Of a stretch of DNA of 64,000 nt, positions 54,311 through 64,000 are shown one piece after another. The stretch covers positions 1 to 64,000 of the forward strand of contig BTUM01000040.1 in assembly GCA_045863235.1 (NCBI GenBank), in the 5' to 3' direction. Both the position numbers and the translations under genes were made by a program. The first letter of the stretch is position 1. Each line of letters starts with the position of its first letter. Under the pieces are notes generated by a model, which saw only the letters and a list, made by a program, of their open reading frames with translations, did not search any database and was not told where the DNA came from. This DNA comes from Candidatus Xenobia bacterium. GTDB lineage: Bacteria; Vulcanimicrobiota; Xenobia; Xenobiales; QWHO01.

Positions 54311-55165
54311 TCACTTGCGGCAGAGCACCTGCGACTGCATCATCTGGTGATCAAGCAGAGTGGTTGCCTCAGAGAAACCGAGGGTCCGGCACAGGTCCTC
54401 CATGAATGAGCGACCGTAGGCCACCGCGGCTTCAGGCGACTCCAAGGACTCCACTCGCGCCTGGCCCACCTGGTGATGAAAGGTCCAGCGTCCTCGAAGT
54501 TGCTGGAGCGAGGAGAGATGGTCGTAGCAGAAGTAATTCATCAGCATGGTCCCTCCCGGCTTGAGGATGCGCAGGGACTCGCGCACGTAGTTGGCCAGCT
54601 CGGCCTCTAACAAATGGGTGAACAGAGAAGTCGAGAAGACAAAGTCCTGGCTGGCGTCTGGCAAGGGGAAGCGGAACTCCGAGCCGGGCAGGCGGGCACC
54701 GTTGGAAGCATAGGTCGTGCTGCCCTGCGTGGTTTGCAGAAACTGGAACTGGTCAGGGGGAAAGTGATTTCGGGCAAAACCCAGCAAGTCGGGATCGATG
54801 TCAACCCCCACGTAGCGCCCGGTGAAGCGCTCGCCGCCCATGCGGAAGTTCTTCAAGTGCTCGGGTTTGCGCCCGTAGCCGCAGCCAATCTCCACGATAC
54901 TGGAGTCTAGCCGGCAGAAGCCTTTGGCGAAAGCGAACAGCCAGAAATTGTAGCCGCTCCGCAGACACAAGATCTGATTGAAGAATATTCGGTTGCCTAC
55001 CCCCACGCGCATCCGCAGGTGGTTGGGAGGAAGGGCTCGCATCTCGGGGTAGAGCAGGCGCAGCCAGAGATCATTGGCCCACCCGAGGAACTGGATGAGA
55101 GGATTGCGGGAGAGCACGACGGTCGAGGGCACGATCCGGCGGATCAGGCGGTCAAATCGATTCAT
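54311..55165 (-). CDS. Class I SAM-dependent methyltransferase
   Basis: IVEIGCGYG, GVDID, SLFTHL, LKPGG. Confidence 0.9.
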   Translation of the reverse strand: MNRFDRLIRRIVPSTVVLSRNPLIQFLGWANDLWLRLLYPEMRALPPNHLRMRVGVGNRIFFNQILCLRSGYNFWLFAFAKGFCRLDSSIVEIGCGYGRKPEHLKNFRMGGERFTGRYVGVDIDPDLLGFARNHFPPDQFQFLQTTQGSTTYASNGARLPGSEFRFPLPDASQDFVFSTSLFTHLLEAELANYVRESLRILKPGGTMLMNYFCYDHLSSLQQLRGRWTFHHQVGQARVESLESPEAAVAYGRSFMEDLCRTLGFSEATTLLDHQMMQSQVLCRK

Positions 55166-56616
55166 GGTGGTCCTGTCGCTTTCTGTGGTGAGGCTTTGCG
55201 AGAGATCAAAAACAAGAAGACCAGGATGAAGAAAACTCCCTGCATGGTGGTGATGACCGCGCCGCTCAGGTCAGAGGCGGCGTAGGTGTAGCCCAGCGGG
55301 AAGGCCGTGACCATGTAAACCATCACGATGTTCCTGTTATTCAAGTGAGGCCGGAAAGTCAGGTAAAGCGAGCGCAAGACCATGCCGACCAGCAGCATCC
55401 CCGGGAAGATCCCAAAGTAACCGAAGTTTACGTACAACTCGGCCACCACGCCCGGGGTGGCTCCGGTCAGGTCGGTGCGGCGCTTGAACAGCGGGCTGAG
55501 CAGAAAGCCGACGCGCAGGCGCTCGGGCTTGCCGGCCCAGGCTGCCCGCGGGATGGGGAAGTAGGCCCAGGTGATCATGGTCTTGCCATACTGCCAATTC
55601 AGCTGGTTGGGCACCGTGGTAAGGATAATGGCCGTCTCGGGCGAGCCGAGATAGTTGCGGTTGGTGACCGAGAGCTCGACGAAGCGCGAGGTGCCCTGGG
55701 TGAGCGAATCCATGATTCCCGGATTGCGGTTCTGCGGACTGGCCCGCAAGCCGCCGATGAAGGCCACCACTGCGAGAATGAATCCCAAGCTCAAGAGTGC
55801 GTGCTGGACCCGAATCTGGCCTTTCAAGTAGTGGGTCATCAACAGGCAATAGACGACCATGTTGAGGATCAAGGTGCGAGTGGAGGTAAAGGTGTAGAAG
55901 GCACCCAGGAAGGCCCAGGATATTAGCAACATGACCCGCTCCGGCCAGGTCCCGCGTCTGTTGGTGATGATCTGGATGAAGCAGTAGTAGCAGCAGAACG
56001 TGAGCTGTGCCACGCCCATGAGCAGCAGACCGCCATGCTCGTCGTTCTCCGGGCTCAAGCGCCGCTTGGCCGACAACTGCAACAGAGCCAGCGGACCCAG
56101 GGCGCGAATGAAGGTGATGGCGCAGAAAACCGCCAGAGCAAAGGAGAACACCATCGTGAGCCGGAGACGCCATGGGCTCCACTGGCGGTTCTTGAGAAGA
56201 TTGGTAAACAGAGCGACCGGCATGGTGGGAACCGGTAGGCAGTAGCCGATCACCATGCAGAGCAGCCCCAGGCAGATGCACACCATCGGACCGTAAAGGA
56301 TGTCGTTGGAATAGCCGATCATCAAGAAGTTGGTGGTGCGCTCGCTGGGGTAGAGCACGATGAACAGCGTCTTGAGCGTGGTTCCAAAGAAGACGGCGGG
56401 AATGGCGAAGTTGATGGGCTCCATCAGGTCGTAGTCCTGGCCTCGGCGCATGACGGCCGGGATGAGCAACACTGCCGTGGCCAGGCAGGACATGGAAACC
56501 AGAATGAGCTGAGGATCGCCTGTGTAGATGAAGATTCCGAAGAAAACGGTCGCCAGGCTGGTGAGCAACGCAAAGCCCACGAGGTGGAACATGAAGAACG
56601 TGGTGGGCACCCGCAT
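55162..56616 (-). CDS. Wzy-like polysaccharide polymerase
   Basis: Polytopic; PIPRAAWAGKP, ELYVNFG. Confidence 0.8.
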   Translation of the reverse strand: MRVPTTFFMFHLVGFALLTSLATVFFGIFIYTGDPQLILVSMSCLATAVLLIPAVMRRGQDYDLMEPINFAIPAVFFGTTLKTLFIVLYPSERTTNFLMIGYSNDILYGPMVCICLGLLCMVIGYCLPVPTMPVALFTNLLKNRQWSPWRLRLTMVFSFALAVFCAITFIRALGPLALLQLSAKRRLSPENDEHGGLLLMGVAQLTFCCYYCFIQIITNRRGTWPERVMLLISWAFLGAFYTFTSTRTLILNMVVYCLLMTHYLKGQIRVQHALLSLGFILAVVAFIGGLRASPQNRNPGIMDSLTQGTSRFVELSVTNRNYLGSPETAIILTTVPNQLNWQYGKTMITWAYFPIPRAAWAGKPERLRVGFLLSPLFKRRTDLTGATPGVVAELYVNFGYFGIFPGMLLVGMVLRSLYLTFRPHLNNRNIVMVYMVTAFPLGYTYAASDLSGAVITTMQGVFFILVFLFLISRKASPQKATGPP

Positions 56617-56626
56617 CGGCGCAGAC

Positions 56627-57736
56627 CTAAGGTGAAGAGGTGCGGCTCATCGCGAAGTTCTCGCGCAACAAGGCCAGCCCGATGCCCAGAATGGCCCCGA
56701 TGAACCAACCGCTGATCAGCACCGGGACAAATGGCTTGCGCACAGGCTGCTGGGGCAAGAAAGGCTGCTCGATGATCTTGTAAGGCGAAGTGGTCTTCTT
56801 GACCTGGAACTTTGCCAGCTCATATTGTGCGGCCAATGTCTCCACAATCTTGCTCTTCTCGGCGATGTCTCGCTGCATGGAGGTGTACTCTTTCATGATG
56901 CTCGGCATTTTCTCGAGCTTCATACTCTGCTCGTCGAGCATCTTCTTGAGCATGTCAGCGCGGGCTTTGTACCCGGCGCGGGCTGACGTCAACTGGATCT
57001 GGGCTTCCAGGTCGCCGGGGGCCTGAAGTTGCTCCTCCGTGGCCGACAGCTCAACCGCCGCTTTGGCATACTCTGAATAGAGCTGAGACAGAGCCGTGAA
57101 CTCTGCTTCCCCTTGAGCCTCCATGGTGAACGGAAGCTCATTGTCCTCCTGGAACTGCTGGAACCTTGTGGCGGCCTTCTTGAGGTCGGCCCGGGCATTG
57201 GCCAGCTGGCCCTTCAAGAAGAGCTCCTGGCTGCGATTCTCGACATCGACTCTTGCCAGCAGCAGCTCGAGATAGTTCTTAGCCAGGGCAAACGAGAGTT
57301 CCGGATCCTCCGTCGTGCAGACCACCGTCACGGGCTCGAAGGAGGTGGCGTCATCCACGCGCACCAGCTCGTTCATCCGCTCGCGGCTGTTCTCGATAGT
57401 GCGATCCGCCTCTTCCGTTTCCCCCCAGAAGGCAGCCAGCTGCTTCTGGTCGAGCTTCTTGAGCACCTCCGCTTTCAGATCGGCACTGTGAAGGACAGCC
57501 AGAATGTAGCCCTGCTTGTCGTCTGAGCCCGAGGGCAATCCGATCCCTTCGAAGGCCGTCTGAAACATGCCCAGCAAAGGGTCTGTGCTCATCACGTAAA
57601 GAGACGTGAAGGACTCGTATCTCTTGGGCGACAGGACAAGCAGAGTGGTGGCGATCACGCAGCAGGTAGCCGCGAACGATAAGACCAGAATGCGGTACCG
57701 CTTGATGAAGGTAGACAGGTCGAGAGTGTCAGGCAT
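56627..57736 (-). CDS. Polysaccharide co-polymerase (Wzz/GumC-like)
   Basis: Two terminal TM helices around a coiled coil; PKRYES; no kinase domain. Confidence 0.85.
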   Translation of the reverse strand: MPDTLDLSTFIKRYRILVLSFAATCCVIATTLLVLSPKRYESFTSLYVMSTDPLLGMFQTAFEGIGLPSGSDDKQGYILAVLHSADLKAEVLKKLDQKQLAAFWGETEEADRTIENSRERMNELVRVDDATSFEPVTVVCTTEDPELSFALAKNYLELLLARVDVENRSQELFLKGQLANARADLKKAATRFQQFQEDNELPFTMEAQGEAEFTALSQLYSEYAKAAVELSATEEQLQAPGDLEAQIQLTSARAGYKARADMLKKMLDEQSMKLEKMPSIMKEYTSMQRDIAEKSKIVETLAAQYELAKFQVKKTTSPYKIIEQPFLPQQPVRKPFVPVLISGWFIGAILGIGLALLRENFAMSRTSSP

Positions 57737-57749
57737 GCGATCTTACCCT

Positions 57750-60290
57750 TTAGCGGTCAATCAGTCGGTAGAGAGCGATGCCGCCCACTGCCACCTGGAA
57801 GACTTGCAGGAATCTCTCCCAGGCACCCGGCTCGGCCACGATGGCCGCCGGCGGGACCAGGATCACGTCCCCGGGCAGAAGCTGATCTACATGCTCGGCG
57901 TTCAGCATGTCGCCGTTGACTCGCATGATGAAGGTTTCGTCCTCCTCGGCATCCTTGGACCGGCCACCGGCCGTGGCGATGTAGTCTCGTGGACGCAGAC
58001 CCGGCTTGAAGACGAACGCCGCCGGCATATTCACCGCTCCGGCCACCAGCACGGTGGTCGGCGCGCTCGGAACGAGCAGAATGTCGCCGTCCCTCACGCC
58101 CGGATCCGATGCTCCACTCGCCATGATGGCCTCCAGATCCAGCGGGATCCGATTGCTGGCGATGATACGATTGATGATGCGCGGGATGAAATCCAAACCC
58201 TTTTCGGTAAGGGCGGCATTGGCGGCCGACATCCGAAGTGAGGCTGCCGTGGCGTTGGCTGCCTCTGCCTCGACGGCCGAGATTTGCCGCGCAATGTACT
58301 CGGTGTTGACGAAGATCAGCTCGGTCAGCTTCTCGCGCTCGGGCAGGACCAGCTCGGTCTTGTTGCGCACGAAGACCGCACCGGGCGCATAGGCCTGGTC
58401 GGTGAGGCCGCCGGCTCGCTCGATCACCGAGCGCAAGGTATCTTTCTGCGGGTCCACCGCATAGACGCCCGGTCTGACCACCTCGCCACCGAGCGTAATC
58501 GACCCCGGCCACAGGCGTGAGCGCAAAGACTTGCGCACCAGCAGCACGTCCAGGTCGCCCAGGGCGACATTGTCCGGGACGTCTGGTGAGAGCAGGACGC
58601 GGTCCAGGTCGATGGGGATGATCTGGATCCCCACCGGGGTCCGGCGCGCGATCTCGGCCTGCCCCGAAGCCTCCGGGGTAAGACCACCGGCCTGGTAGAG
58701 CAGGTCGCGCACCCGCATATCGGCAAAGCGGGTGTACTCACCCGGGCGGGAGACCTCCCCCTGGATGCGCACTCGCTCGCGGTTGTACGTCGCCGTATTC
58801 GTGTCGTAGACGACCACGCGATCTTTGGGCTGGAGCGCCAGATCGAAACGGGGGTCGCCCCGGAGCGCCAGATCCAGCTCGAAGCCAATCACGCGGATCG
58901 GCTTGTCCGGGCTATCGATACGATAGATCTCGGCGTGTCCGGGAAAAGCCCCTTCCTTCATTCCTTGCGCCTTGCGCAACAGGTCGGAGACTTTCAGCCG
59001 GCCACCGAGGGAGTACCACCCCGGCCGTCTCACGGCACCGTCGAGATAAACGCCGTTGGAGAGGTCGTCGAGGACTTCCTGGACCAGGAAGAAGTCGCCC
59101 GCGCGAATCCGAAAGCGCGGGGCCTGATCGAGCGGGATGTCGAAAATGGAGCGCTGGTTGTTGTCAACAACGCGCTCGAGCTGGATCACCTTGGCGTAGG
59201 CATCGGGCCGCACTCCACCGGCCAGCTTCAGGAGTTGAGCCAGGGTCTTCTCGTTCTTGAGCTCGAAGATCGCCGGCCGGTACACAGGGCCGCTGATTGC
59301 CACCTGGGGTCCGGCCACCGGAACGAAGATCCGGTCGCCCTCCATCACCCGCGGGCTATTGACCTTGCCGTTGAGCAGGAAATCGTAGAGATCGAAAGTG
59401 GCCACGACGACGCCACCGCGCTGCAATTGGACGCGACGATAGGAGCCAGCGTCGTTGGGTCCAGCTCCGAGGAGCATGGCGTCCATGACGGTGGACCCGG
59501 GATTGACCAGGAAGGCGCCGGGCTTCTTCATGTCGCCGATCAAGAAAATCCGAATCTTGCGAACGTGAGTCATTCCAAGCTTGACCCGCAGGTTGGGGAG
59601 ACGGGCGCGCAACTGCTGCTCCAGCGCGACCTGGGCCTGCTTCTGTGTCAGGCCGTTCAGCGAAACCGGGCCGGCGCCAGGAAGCACGACCTCGCCGTTC
59701 TGGTCCATGGTCAGCTGGGTGATGGACTCGCCACCATTGACGTTGTAGGTAGTGACCAGCAGCTCATCGCCCGGGGCGAGACGGTAGTCATCGGGGATCA
59801 CGGCGTCCGTGTAGCTGGTGAAATCCTCTCGAGAGCGGACGAAGAAGACCTCTCCGAACCGGTCCAGACGGCTGAGCGACCGGGTGGACCGGACCTCCTG
59901 GGCACGCTCGAGGGCCTCGATCGTATGAACTTTTTGCCAGGTCTCGGGGTTACTCTCGGGCGGAGGCGCCGGGGCCAGCGTGGGTGGCATGAAAGTGCGG
60001 ATGGAATTGGGCTGGGGAGTGGTCATCTCGGCATCTGAGGCCGGGGTGCCTGGCGTTGTGGGGGTGAGGCCCGGCGGGATCGCCTCGTTGATCCGGACGC
60101 GGGGGGAGGTCGGGCTCGGACTCGGACCCGGCAGAGTGGCAGGAGAGGGGCTCGGCGAGACCTGAACTGGAATCTCCTCGGTGGGAACCACGGGAAACTC
60201 CTGGGCGAAGACAAGCGCCGTCAATGAGACCAGTAAGAGCGAGAGCAACAGCGAGGCCAGCACCCTGGATTCAGGAAAGCGAAGGAGCAT
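57750..60290 (-). CDS. Polysaccharide export protein with multiple SLBB domains (Wza/KpsD-like)
   Basis: Signal peptide; DYRLAPGD; repeated GEV.RPG.Y blocks. Confidence 0.92.
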   Translation of the reverse strand: MLLRFPESRVLASLLLSLLLVSLTALVFAQEFPVVPTEEIPVQVSPSPSPATLPGPSPSPTSPRVRINEAIPPGLTPTTPGTPASDAEMTTPQPNSIRTFMPPTLAPAPPPESNPETWQKVHTIEALERAQEVRSTRSLSRLDRFGEVFFVRSREDFTSYTDAVIPDDYRLAPGDELLVTTYNVNGGESITQLTMDQNGEVVLPGAGPVSLNGLTQKQAQVALEQQLRARLPNLRVKLGMTHVRKIRIFLIGDMKKPGAFLVNPGSTVMDAMLLGAGPNDAGSYRRVQLQRGGVVVATFDLYDFLLNGKVNSPRVMEGDRIFVPVAGPQVAISGPVYRPAIFELKNEKTLAQLLKLAGGVRPDAYAKVIQLERVVDNNQRSIFDIPLDQAPRFRIRAGDFFLVQEVLDDLSNGVYLDGAVRRPGWYSLGGRLKVSDLLRKAQGMKEGAFPGHAEIYRIDSPDKPIRVIGFELDLALRGDPRFDLALQPKDRVVVYDTNTATYNRERVRIQGEVSRPGEYTRFADMRVRDLLYQAGGLTPEASGQAEIARRTPVGIQIIPIDLDRVLLSPDVPDNVALGDLDVLLVRKSLRSRLWPGSITLGGEVVRPGVYAVDPQKDTLRSVIERAGGLTDQAYAPGAVFVRNKTELVLPEREKLTELIFVNTEYIARQISAVEAEAANATAASLRMSAANAALTEKGLDFIPRIINRIIASNRIPLDLEAIMASGASDPGVRDGDILLVPSAPTTVLVAGAVNMPAAFVFKPGLRPRDYIATAGGRSKDAEEDETFIMRVNGDMLNAEHVDQLLPGDVILVPPAAIVAEPGAWERFLQVFQVAVGGIALYRLIDR

Positions 60291-60453
60291 CAGCTTTAGT
60301 AATTTTCCACTCGTCAGGTTTGAAAATGGGCCCGTCCACGGGCCCGCCGCAAAGTCTAGCGACTGAGGCTCGGATTGTCAATCCTGGAGGCTTGAGTGCT
60401 GGAGTCCTCTGCCTGAAGGCAGGGCAAGAGCCCGCCTGCAAGAAGTTGGTGTC

Positions 60454-61710
60454 GTGAGACGCTCCACGTTTGCGGTCGCTTCTTTCACGCTGGTCACCGC
60501 GCTCGCCCTCGTGATGACACCGGCGGCTAGCTCGCCCGCCCCAACTGCAACGGTGGAGCCTGCGGCGGTCTCCGCCTTGACGAATGAACGCCGCAAAGCC
60601 ATTGGGATTCAGAACGGTCCCGACAGCATTGCGGCGGTGGTGACGATGAATGGAAGTGCCTTCACCCTCTTCTCGGGCATGACAGTGGCCCGAGAGCGCG
60701 GCACGTTTCGCTTTGCGGGCACACCTCTGGGGCAACTGACCCCCGACCCGGCCGAGCGACACAACGGTCGGCTCATTCCCAGGCCGGTGCTCCGGCCAGG
60801 GAAAGAGCAACCCGTGCCGGTGGCTCTTGGGGGGATAGAAGGCCCCGCCGGTGTCTACAACGGGTTCGACCGGGACTACGCCGGCGGCGGCACGGCTCTC
60901 GACCTGGACGGTGAAATTTATTACTTCTATCACGGAGAGAATAATTTTCGATTCGAACCCTCCGGAGACCGCTCCAGGGAGAGCAAGTCCAACGGGTGGG
61001 GGGGGATCGGTCTGGCGATTTGGGAGCCGGATGCTCAAATGTTTCGCAAGTGTGGCCAGATTCTCGGAATGAACGCCCCCAACGGCGTCACCTCGGAGGG
61101 AAACGACCCGGCCAATTGCAGGCAGACCTTCGCTCTGGCCGACGAGGCCAACGCCGTCTACAACCCGAGTGACGGATTCATCTACCTCTACTACTCAGAC
61201 TCGGCCGCCGAGCAGGGCCGCTCCCACGTGACGGTGGCGCGGGTCAAGAAGAAGGACCTGGTCGATGCCGTCAAAGCGGGCCAGGTGCCCCGCTTTCTCA
61301 AGTACTATCAAGACGGCTTCAGTGAGCCCGGCATGCTCGACCACGGAACAGGGGGGCGGTCCTCGGGAGTACTCGGGCGCCTGGGATATCGAAGCGCCCA
61401 CGTCACCTGGCTGCCAAAGCACAAGTGCTACCTGATGGTGGTAGGATTCGCCCACGAAAGAATTTGTCTGCGAACTTCCACCAACGGCGTGGATTGGTCC
61501 CAGGACACAGCACTGGCCACCGTGCGCGAGGGTTTCTCGGCCCTCTATCCTTACCTCTACGGCCCCAAACTCCAGGCAGGCAATGAGTCGGACTTCTGGT
61601 TGCTGTTCACCGAGATATCCAGCACTCGCGATGCCAGGACCGGTCGCAACCAGGTCTCCTTCAAGGAGGGAGCCAGTCTGCAGCGCCGGCGCGTCAGGCT
61701 GGCCTGGTAG
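60454..61710 (+). CDS. Secreted protein, possible beta-propeller glycoside hydrolase-like
   Basis: Signal peptide; YYFYHGE, DGFIYLYY, RTSTNGVDWS (Asp-box-like). Confidence 0.6.
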   Translation: MRRSTFAVASFTLVTALALVMTPAASSPAPTATVEPAAVSALTNERRKAIGIQNGPDSIAAVVTMNGSAFTLFSGMTVARERGTFRFAGTPLGQLTPDPAERHNGRLIPRPVLRPGKEQPVPVALGGIEGPAGVYNGFDRDYAGGGTALDLDGEIYYFYHGENNFRFEPSGDRSRESKSNGWGGIGLAIWEPDAQMFRKCGQILGMNAPNGVTSEGNDPANCRQTFALADEANAVYNPSDGFIYLYYSDSAAEQGRSHVTVARVKKKDLVDAVKAGQVPRFLKYYQDGFSEPGMLDHGTGGRSSGVLGRLGYRSAHVTWLPKHKCYLMVVGFAHERICLRTSTNGVDWSQDTALATVREGFSALYPYLYGPKLQAGNESDFWLLFTEISSTRDARTGRNQVSFKEGASLQRRRVRLAW

Positions 61711-61738
61711 CAATCGGCTTGAGCTCGGACGGCGCACC

Positions 61739-62206
61739 ATGACCAACCGGCCGCCTCGCCCCCATGGCTTCCACGCCTGGCTGCAGGTCGTCCGTTGCTA
61801 CCAGAAGGCCAGCCGGCGCCTGAGCGATCGCCTGGCACCCCTGGCTCTCACCAACGCCCAGTTCGACGTCCTGGCGAATTTGCTGGCCGGCCCGGCGCAC
61901 GGTCTGACCCAGGATCAGTTGGGGCAGCGTCTGCTGGTCACCAAAGGGAACGTTTCGGGCCTGCTCGACCGGCTGGGAGAGCGGGGTCTCATCACGCGCC
62001 GTCCCAACCCGGAGGATGGGCGCTCCAAACTGGTGCAACTGACCGCCACAGGTGTTGGGCTGGCCGAGCAGGCGGTCCAGGTGCAACGAAACTTTATCGC
62101 CGCTCTGATGCAGCCGCTGACCGAGACAGACCTCGAGCGTCTCTGCCGCATTCTCGAGCAAGTTGAGGAGCGCCTGGACGAACAGGCTGACTCAGAACGT
62201 CCATAA
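61739..62206 (+). CDS. MarR family regulator
   Basis: LTNAQFDVL, VTKGNVSGLLDRL, DGRSKLVQLT. Confidence 0.93.
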   Translation: MTNRPPRPHGFHAWLQVVRCYQKASRRLSDRLAPLALTNAQFDVLANLLAGPAHGLTQDQLGQRLLVTKGNVSGLLDRLGERGLITRRPNPEDGRSKLVQLTATGVGLAEQAVQVQRNFIAALMQPLTETDLERLCRILEQVEERLDEQADSERP

Positions 62207-62292
62207 CCGAATCTGAGGAGATGCTAAAGGGGAGGTAAAGAGTTTCACTCCCGGCAGGAGTTCTCCTCAGAGTCGCAGTAAACCCGCGGACT

Positions 62293-63345
62293 ATGGGACA
62301 CACGAACGGACGCCATAAGAATGGCCTGCAAGCATCAACCGGAGTCTTCGAGTCTTATCGCCCCGTGAGGCAGCGCATCCTGGTCACCGGGGGCGCGGGA
62401 TTCATCGGCTCGCACCTTGTCGAGCGACTGCTCGAGCGCGGTCATGAAGTGGTGTGCATCGACAACTTCTTTACCGGCTCGAAGGAGAACCTCTATCACC
62501 TGCTCGACAATCGTCGCCTGGAAGTCATTCGCCACGACGTGGTCGAGCCGATCCAACTTGAAGTTGACCAGGTATACAATCTGGCTTGCCCGGCCTCACC
62601 TGTGCATTACCAGTTCGACCCCATCAAGACGGTCCAAACCAACGTCATGGGCATCATCAACATGCTCGGTCTCAGCCGCCGCACGAAGGCTCGGCTGTTG
62701 CAGGCCTCGACTTCGGAGGTCTACGGTGACCCTGAGGTCCATCCCCAGCCAGAGTCTTATTGGGGCAAGGTGAATCCTGTCGGCCCGAGGAGCTGCTACG
62801 ACGAAGGCAAGCGAGTCGCCGAGACCCTATGCATGGACTACCATCGCCAGACCGGTGTGCAGGTGCGCATCGTGCGCATTTTCAACACCTACGGGCCCAG
62901 AATGGCTGTCAATGACGGCCGAGTGGTGTCCAACCTCATTTTGCAGGCTCTGCGCAACGAGCCGCTGACGATCTATGGAGATGGACAGCAAACCCGCTCT
63001 TTCTGCTTCGTGGACGATCTGGTGGCCGGAATGCTGAAGATGATGGACGACCCTGATACCTCCTTCACCGGGCCGGTCAATTTTGGCAACCCTCACGAGA
63101 TCACGATGCTCACCCTGGCCGAGAAGATCCTCGAGTTGACCGGATCCTCGTCCAAGCTCGAGTTCCGACCGCTGCCCCAGGACGACCCGCGTCAACGTCA
63201 ACCCGACATCACCCTGGCCAGGACCCGCTTCGGGTGGGAGCCCACGGTTTCGCTGGAAGCGGGTCTGCGCAAGACCATCGAGTATTTTGGCTCCCGTCAA
63301 CAACTGCCCACCAGCTCTTGGACCTTCTCCAGCGCGGCGACCTGA
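62293..63345 (+). CDS. UDP-glucuronate decarboxylase (UDP-xylose synthase)
   Basis: [53 protein letters not shown]. Confidence 0.95.
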   Translation: MGHTNGRHKNGLQASTGVFESYRPVRQRILVTGGAGFIGSHLVERLLERGHEVVCIDNFFTGSKENLYHLLDNRRLEVIRHDVVEPIQLEVDQVYNLACPASPVHYQFDPIKTVQTNVMGIINMLGLSRRTKARLLQASTSEVYGDPEVHPQPESYWGKVNPVGPRSCYDEGKRVAETLCMDYHRQTGVQVRIVRIFNTYGPRMAVNDGRVVSNLILQALRNEPLTIYGDGQQTRSFCFVDDLVAGMLKMMDDPDTSFTGPVNFGNPHEITMLTLAEKILELTGSSSKLEFRPLPQDDPRQRQPDITLARTRFGWEPTVSLEAGLRKTIEYFGSRQQLPTSSWTFSSAAT

Positions 63346-63364
63346 TCGCCGTTCGGGGCTTTCA

Positions 63365-63405
63365 GAAGGGCCGTGGGGCGATGTGCCCCCGGCCCTTTTC
63401 TGTTT
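63365..63405 (+). terminator. Rho-independent terminator
   Basis: AAGGGCCG...CGGCCCTT stem followed by TTCTGTTT, just after the stop at 63345. Confidence 0.7.
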
Positions 63406-63437
63406 CGTCCAGTAGGAACGTCCTACCCGCCCCCTCT

Positions 63438-63476
63438 AGTTTAGATCTAAACTTTGTGTTAGTTTAGATATGAACA
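63438..63476. promoter_or_regulatory. Tandem palindromic operator
   Basis: Perfect palindrome AGTTTAGATCTAAACT (63438-63453) and degenerate copy AGTTTAGATATGAACA (63461-63476). Confidence 0.7.
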
Positions 63477-63500
63477 AACTGACTGGAGGCCGGCCGGAAC

Positions 63501-64000
63501 ATGACCACGCTCTTGAAACGAGTCCAGTGGGACCACCAGACGATGAAGAGATTCCTGGACGGCCCTCGGGCCGACGTGCGGGCCCGGGTGCGGGGCTGGC
63601 TGGAAGACCCGATTTTCACCCGCCGGCCCGACCTGAGCCTGGACGAGCGCCGCGAGCAGACCCTGCGGTGGTGCCAGGAGCTGGTGCAAAGGGGCGCCAC
63701 CGAGATGGCCTTGCCCCGCGAGCTGGGCGGTCAGGGAGACCCGGCCTCCATGCTGGCCGCCTTCCAGGAGCTGTCCTCCTTCGACTACTCGCTGGTCATC
63801 AAGCTGGGCGTGCAGATCGGGCTCTTCGGCGGCAGCCTCTACAACCTCGGCAGCCAGCGTCACCATGACCGGGTCAAGCGAGCCTTCCGGCTGGAGGAGC
63901 CGGGATGCTTTGCGATGACCGAGCGCGACCACGGCTCCAACGTGCGCGACCTGGCCACGACTGCCGTTTTCGACCCGCTCAGCGATGAGTTCGTGATCCA
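63501..64000 (+). CDS. Acyl-CoA oxidase/dehydrogenase, truncated by window end
   Basis: Manual translation from ATG 63501: ...IKLGVQIGLFGG...PGCFAMTERDHGSNVRDLATTAVFD. Confidence 0.88.
   Translation, partial: MTTLLKRVQWDHQTMKRFLDGPRADVRARVRGWLEDPIFTRRPDLSLDERREQTLRWCQELVQRGATEMALPRELGGQGDPASMLAAFQELSSFDYSLVIKLGVQIGLFGGSLYNLGSQRHHDRVKRAFRLEEPGCFAMTERDHGSNVRDLATTAVFDPLSDEFVI

Noticed and set aside
63470..63868. 132-aa ORF from the track
   Set aside because: Wrong frame; the acyl-CoA oxidase/dehydrogenase frame starts at 63501 and runs off the window

Overview
High-GC bacterial chromosomal window with no rRNA, tRNA, true CRISPR array or transposase recognisable. From left to right: (1) two different tandem repeat arrays flanking a secreted S1/P1 nuclease; (2) two unrelated proteins sharing a C-terminal beta-hairpin-like tail, plus an octaheme cytochrome c-TPR lipoprotein; (3) a minus-strand denitrification module with nirK followed by a heme-copper oxidase-family enzyme that has Gln in place of the catalytic Tyr (eNOR-type NO reductase). 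The module also holds a CuA subunit, an unannotated 53-aa subunit, SCO and an unusual cytochrome b-2x[4Fe-4S]-MvhD-like fusion, and each of its two transcription units has an FNR-type box at class II (-41.5) spacing; (4) housekeeping and DNA-metabolism genes (UvrD-nuclease fusion, sulfatase, dprA, SpoVG-like, orphan hslV, histidine kinase, mutS, mazEF-type TA, GNAT, diguanylate cyclase); (5) a Rieske oxygenase / GalE / thioester reductase / Pfa-Hgl-like type I PKS / enoyl reductase / methyl- and glycosyltransferase operon (putative glycolipid), abutting a Wzx/Wzy-type, probably sulfated and methylated polysaccharide locus; (6) MarR, UDP-glucuronate decarboxylase and a truncated acyl-CoA oxidase/dehydrogenase. 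The best candidate novel system is the FNR-regulated NirK-eNOR operon with its cytochrome b-ferredoxin-MvhD electron-input protein. Product calls come from motif reading only; no database searches were run.
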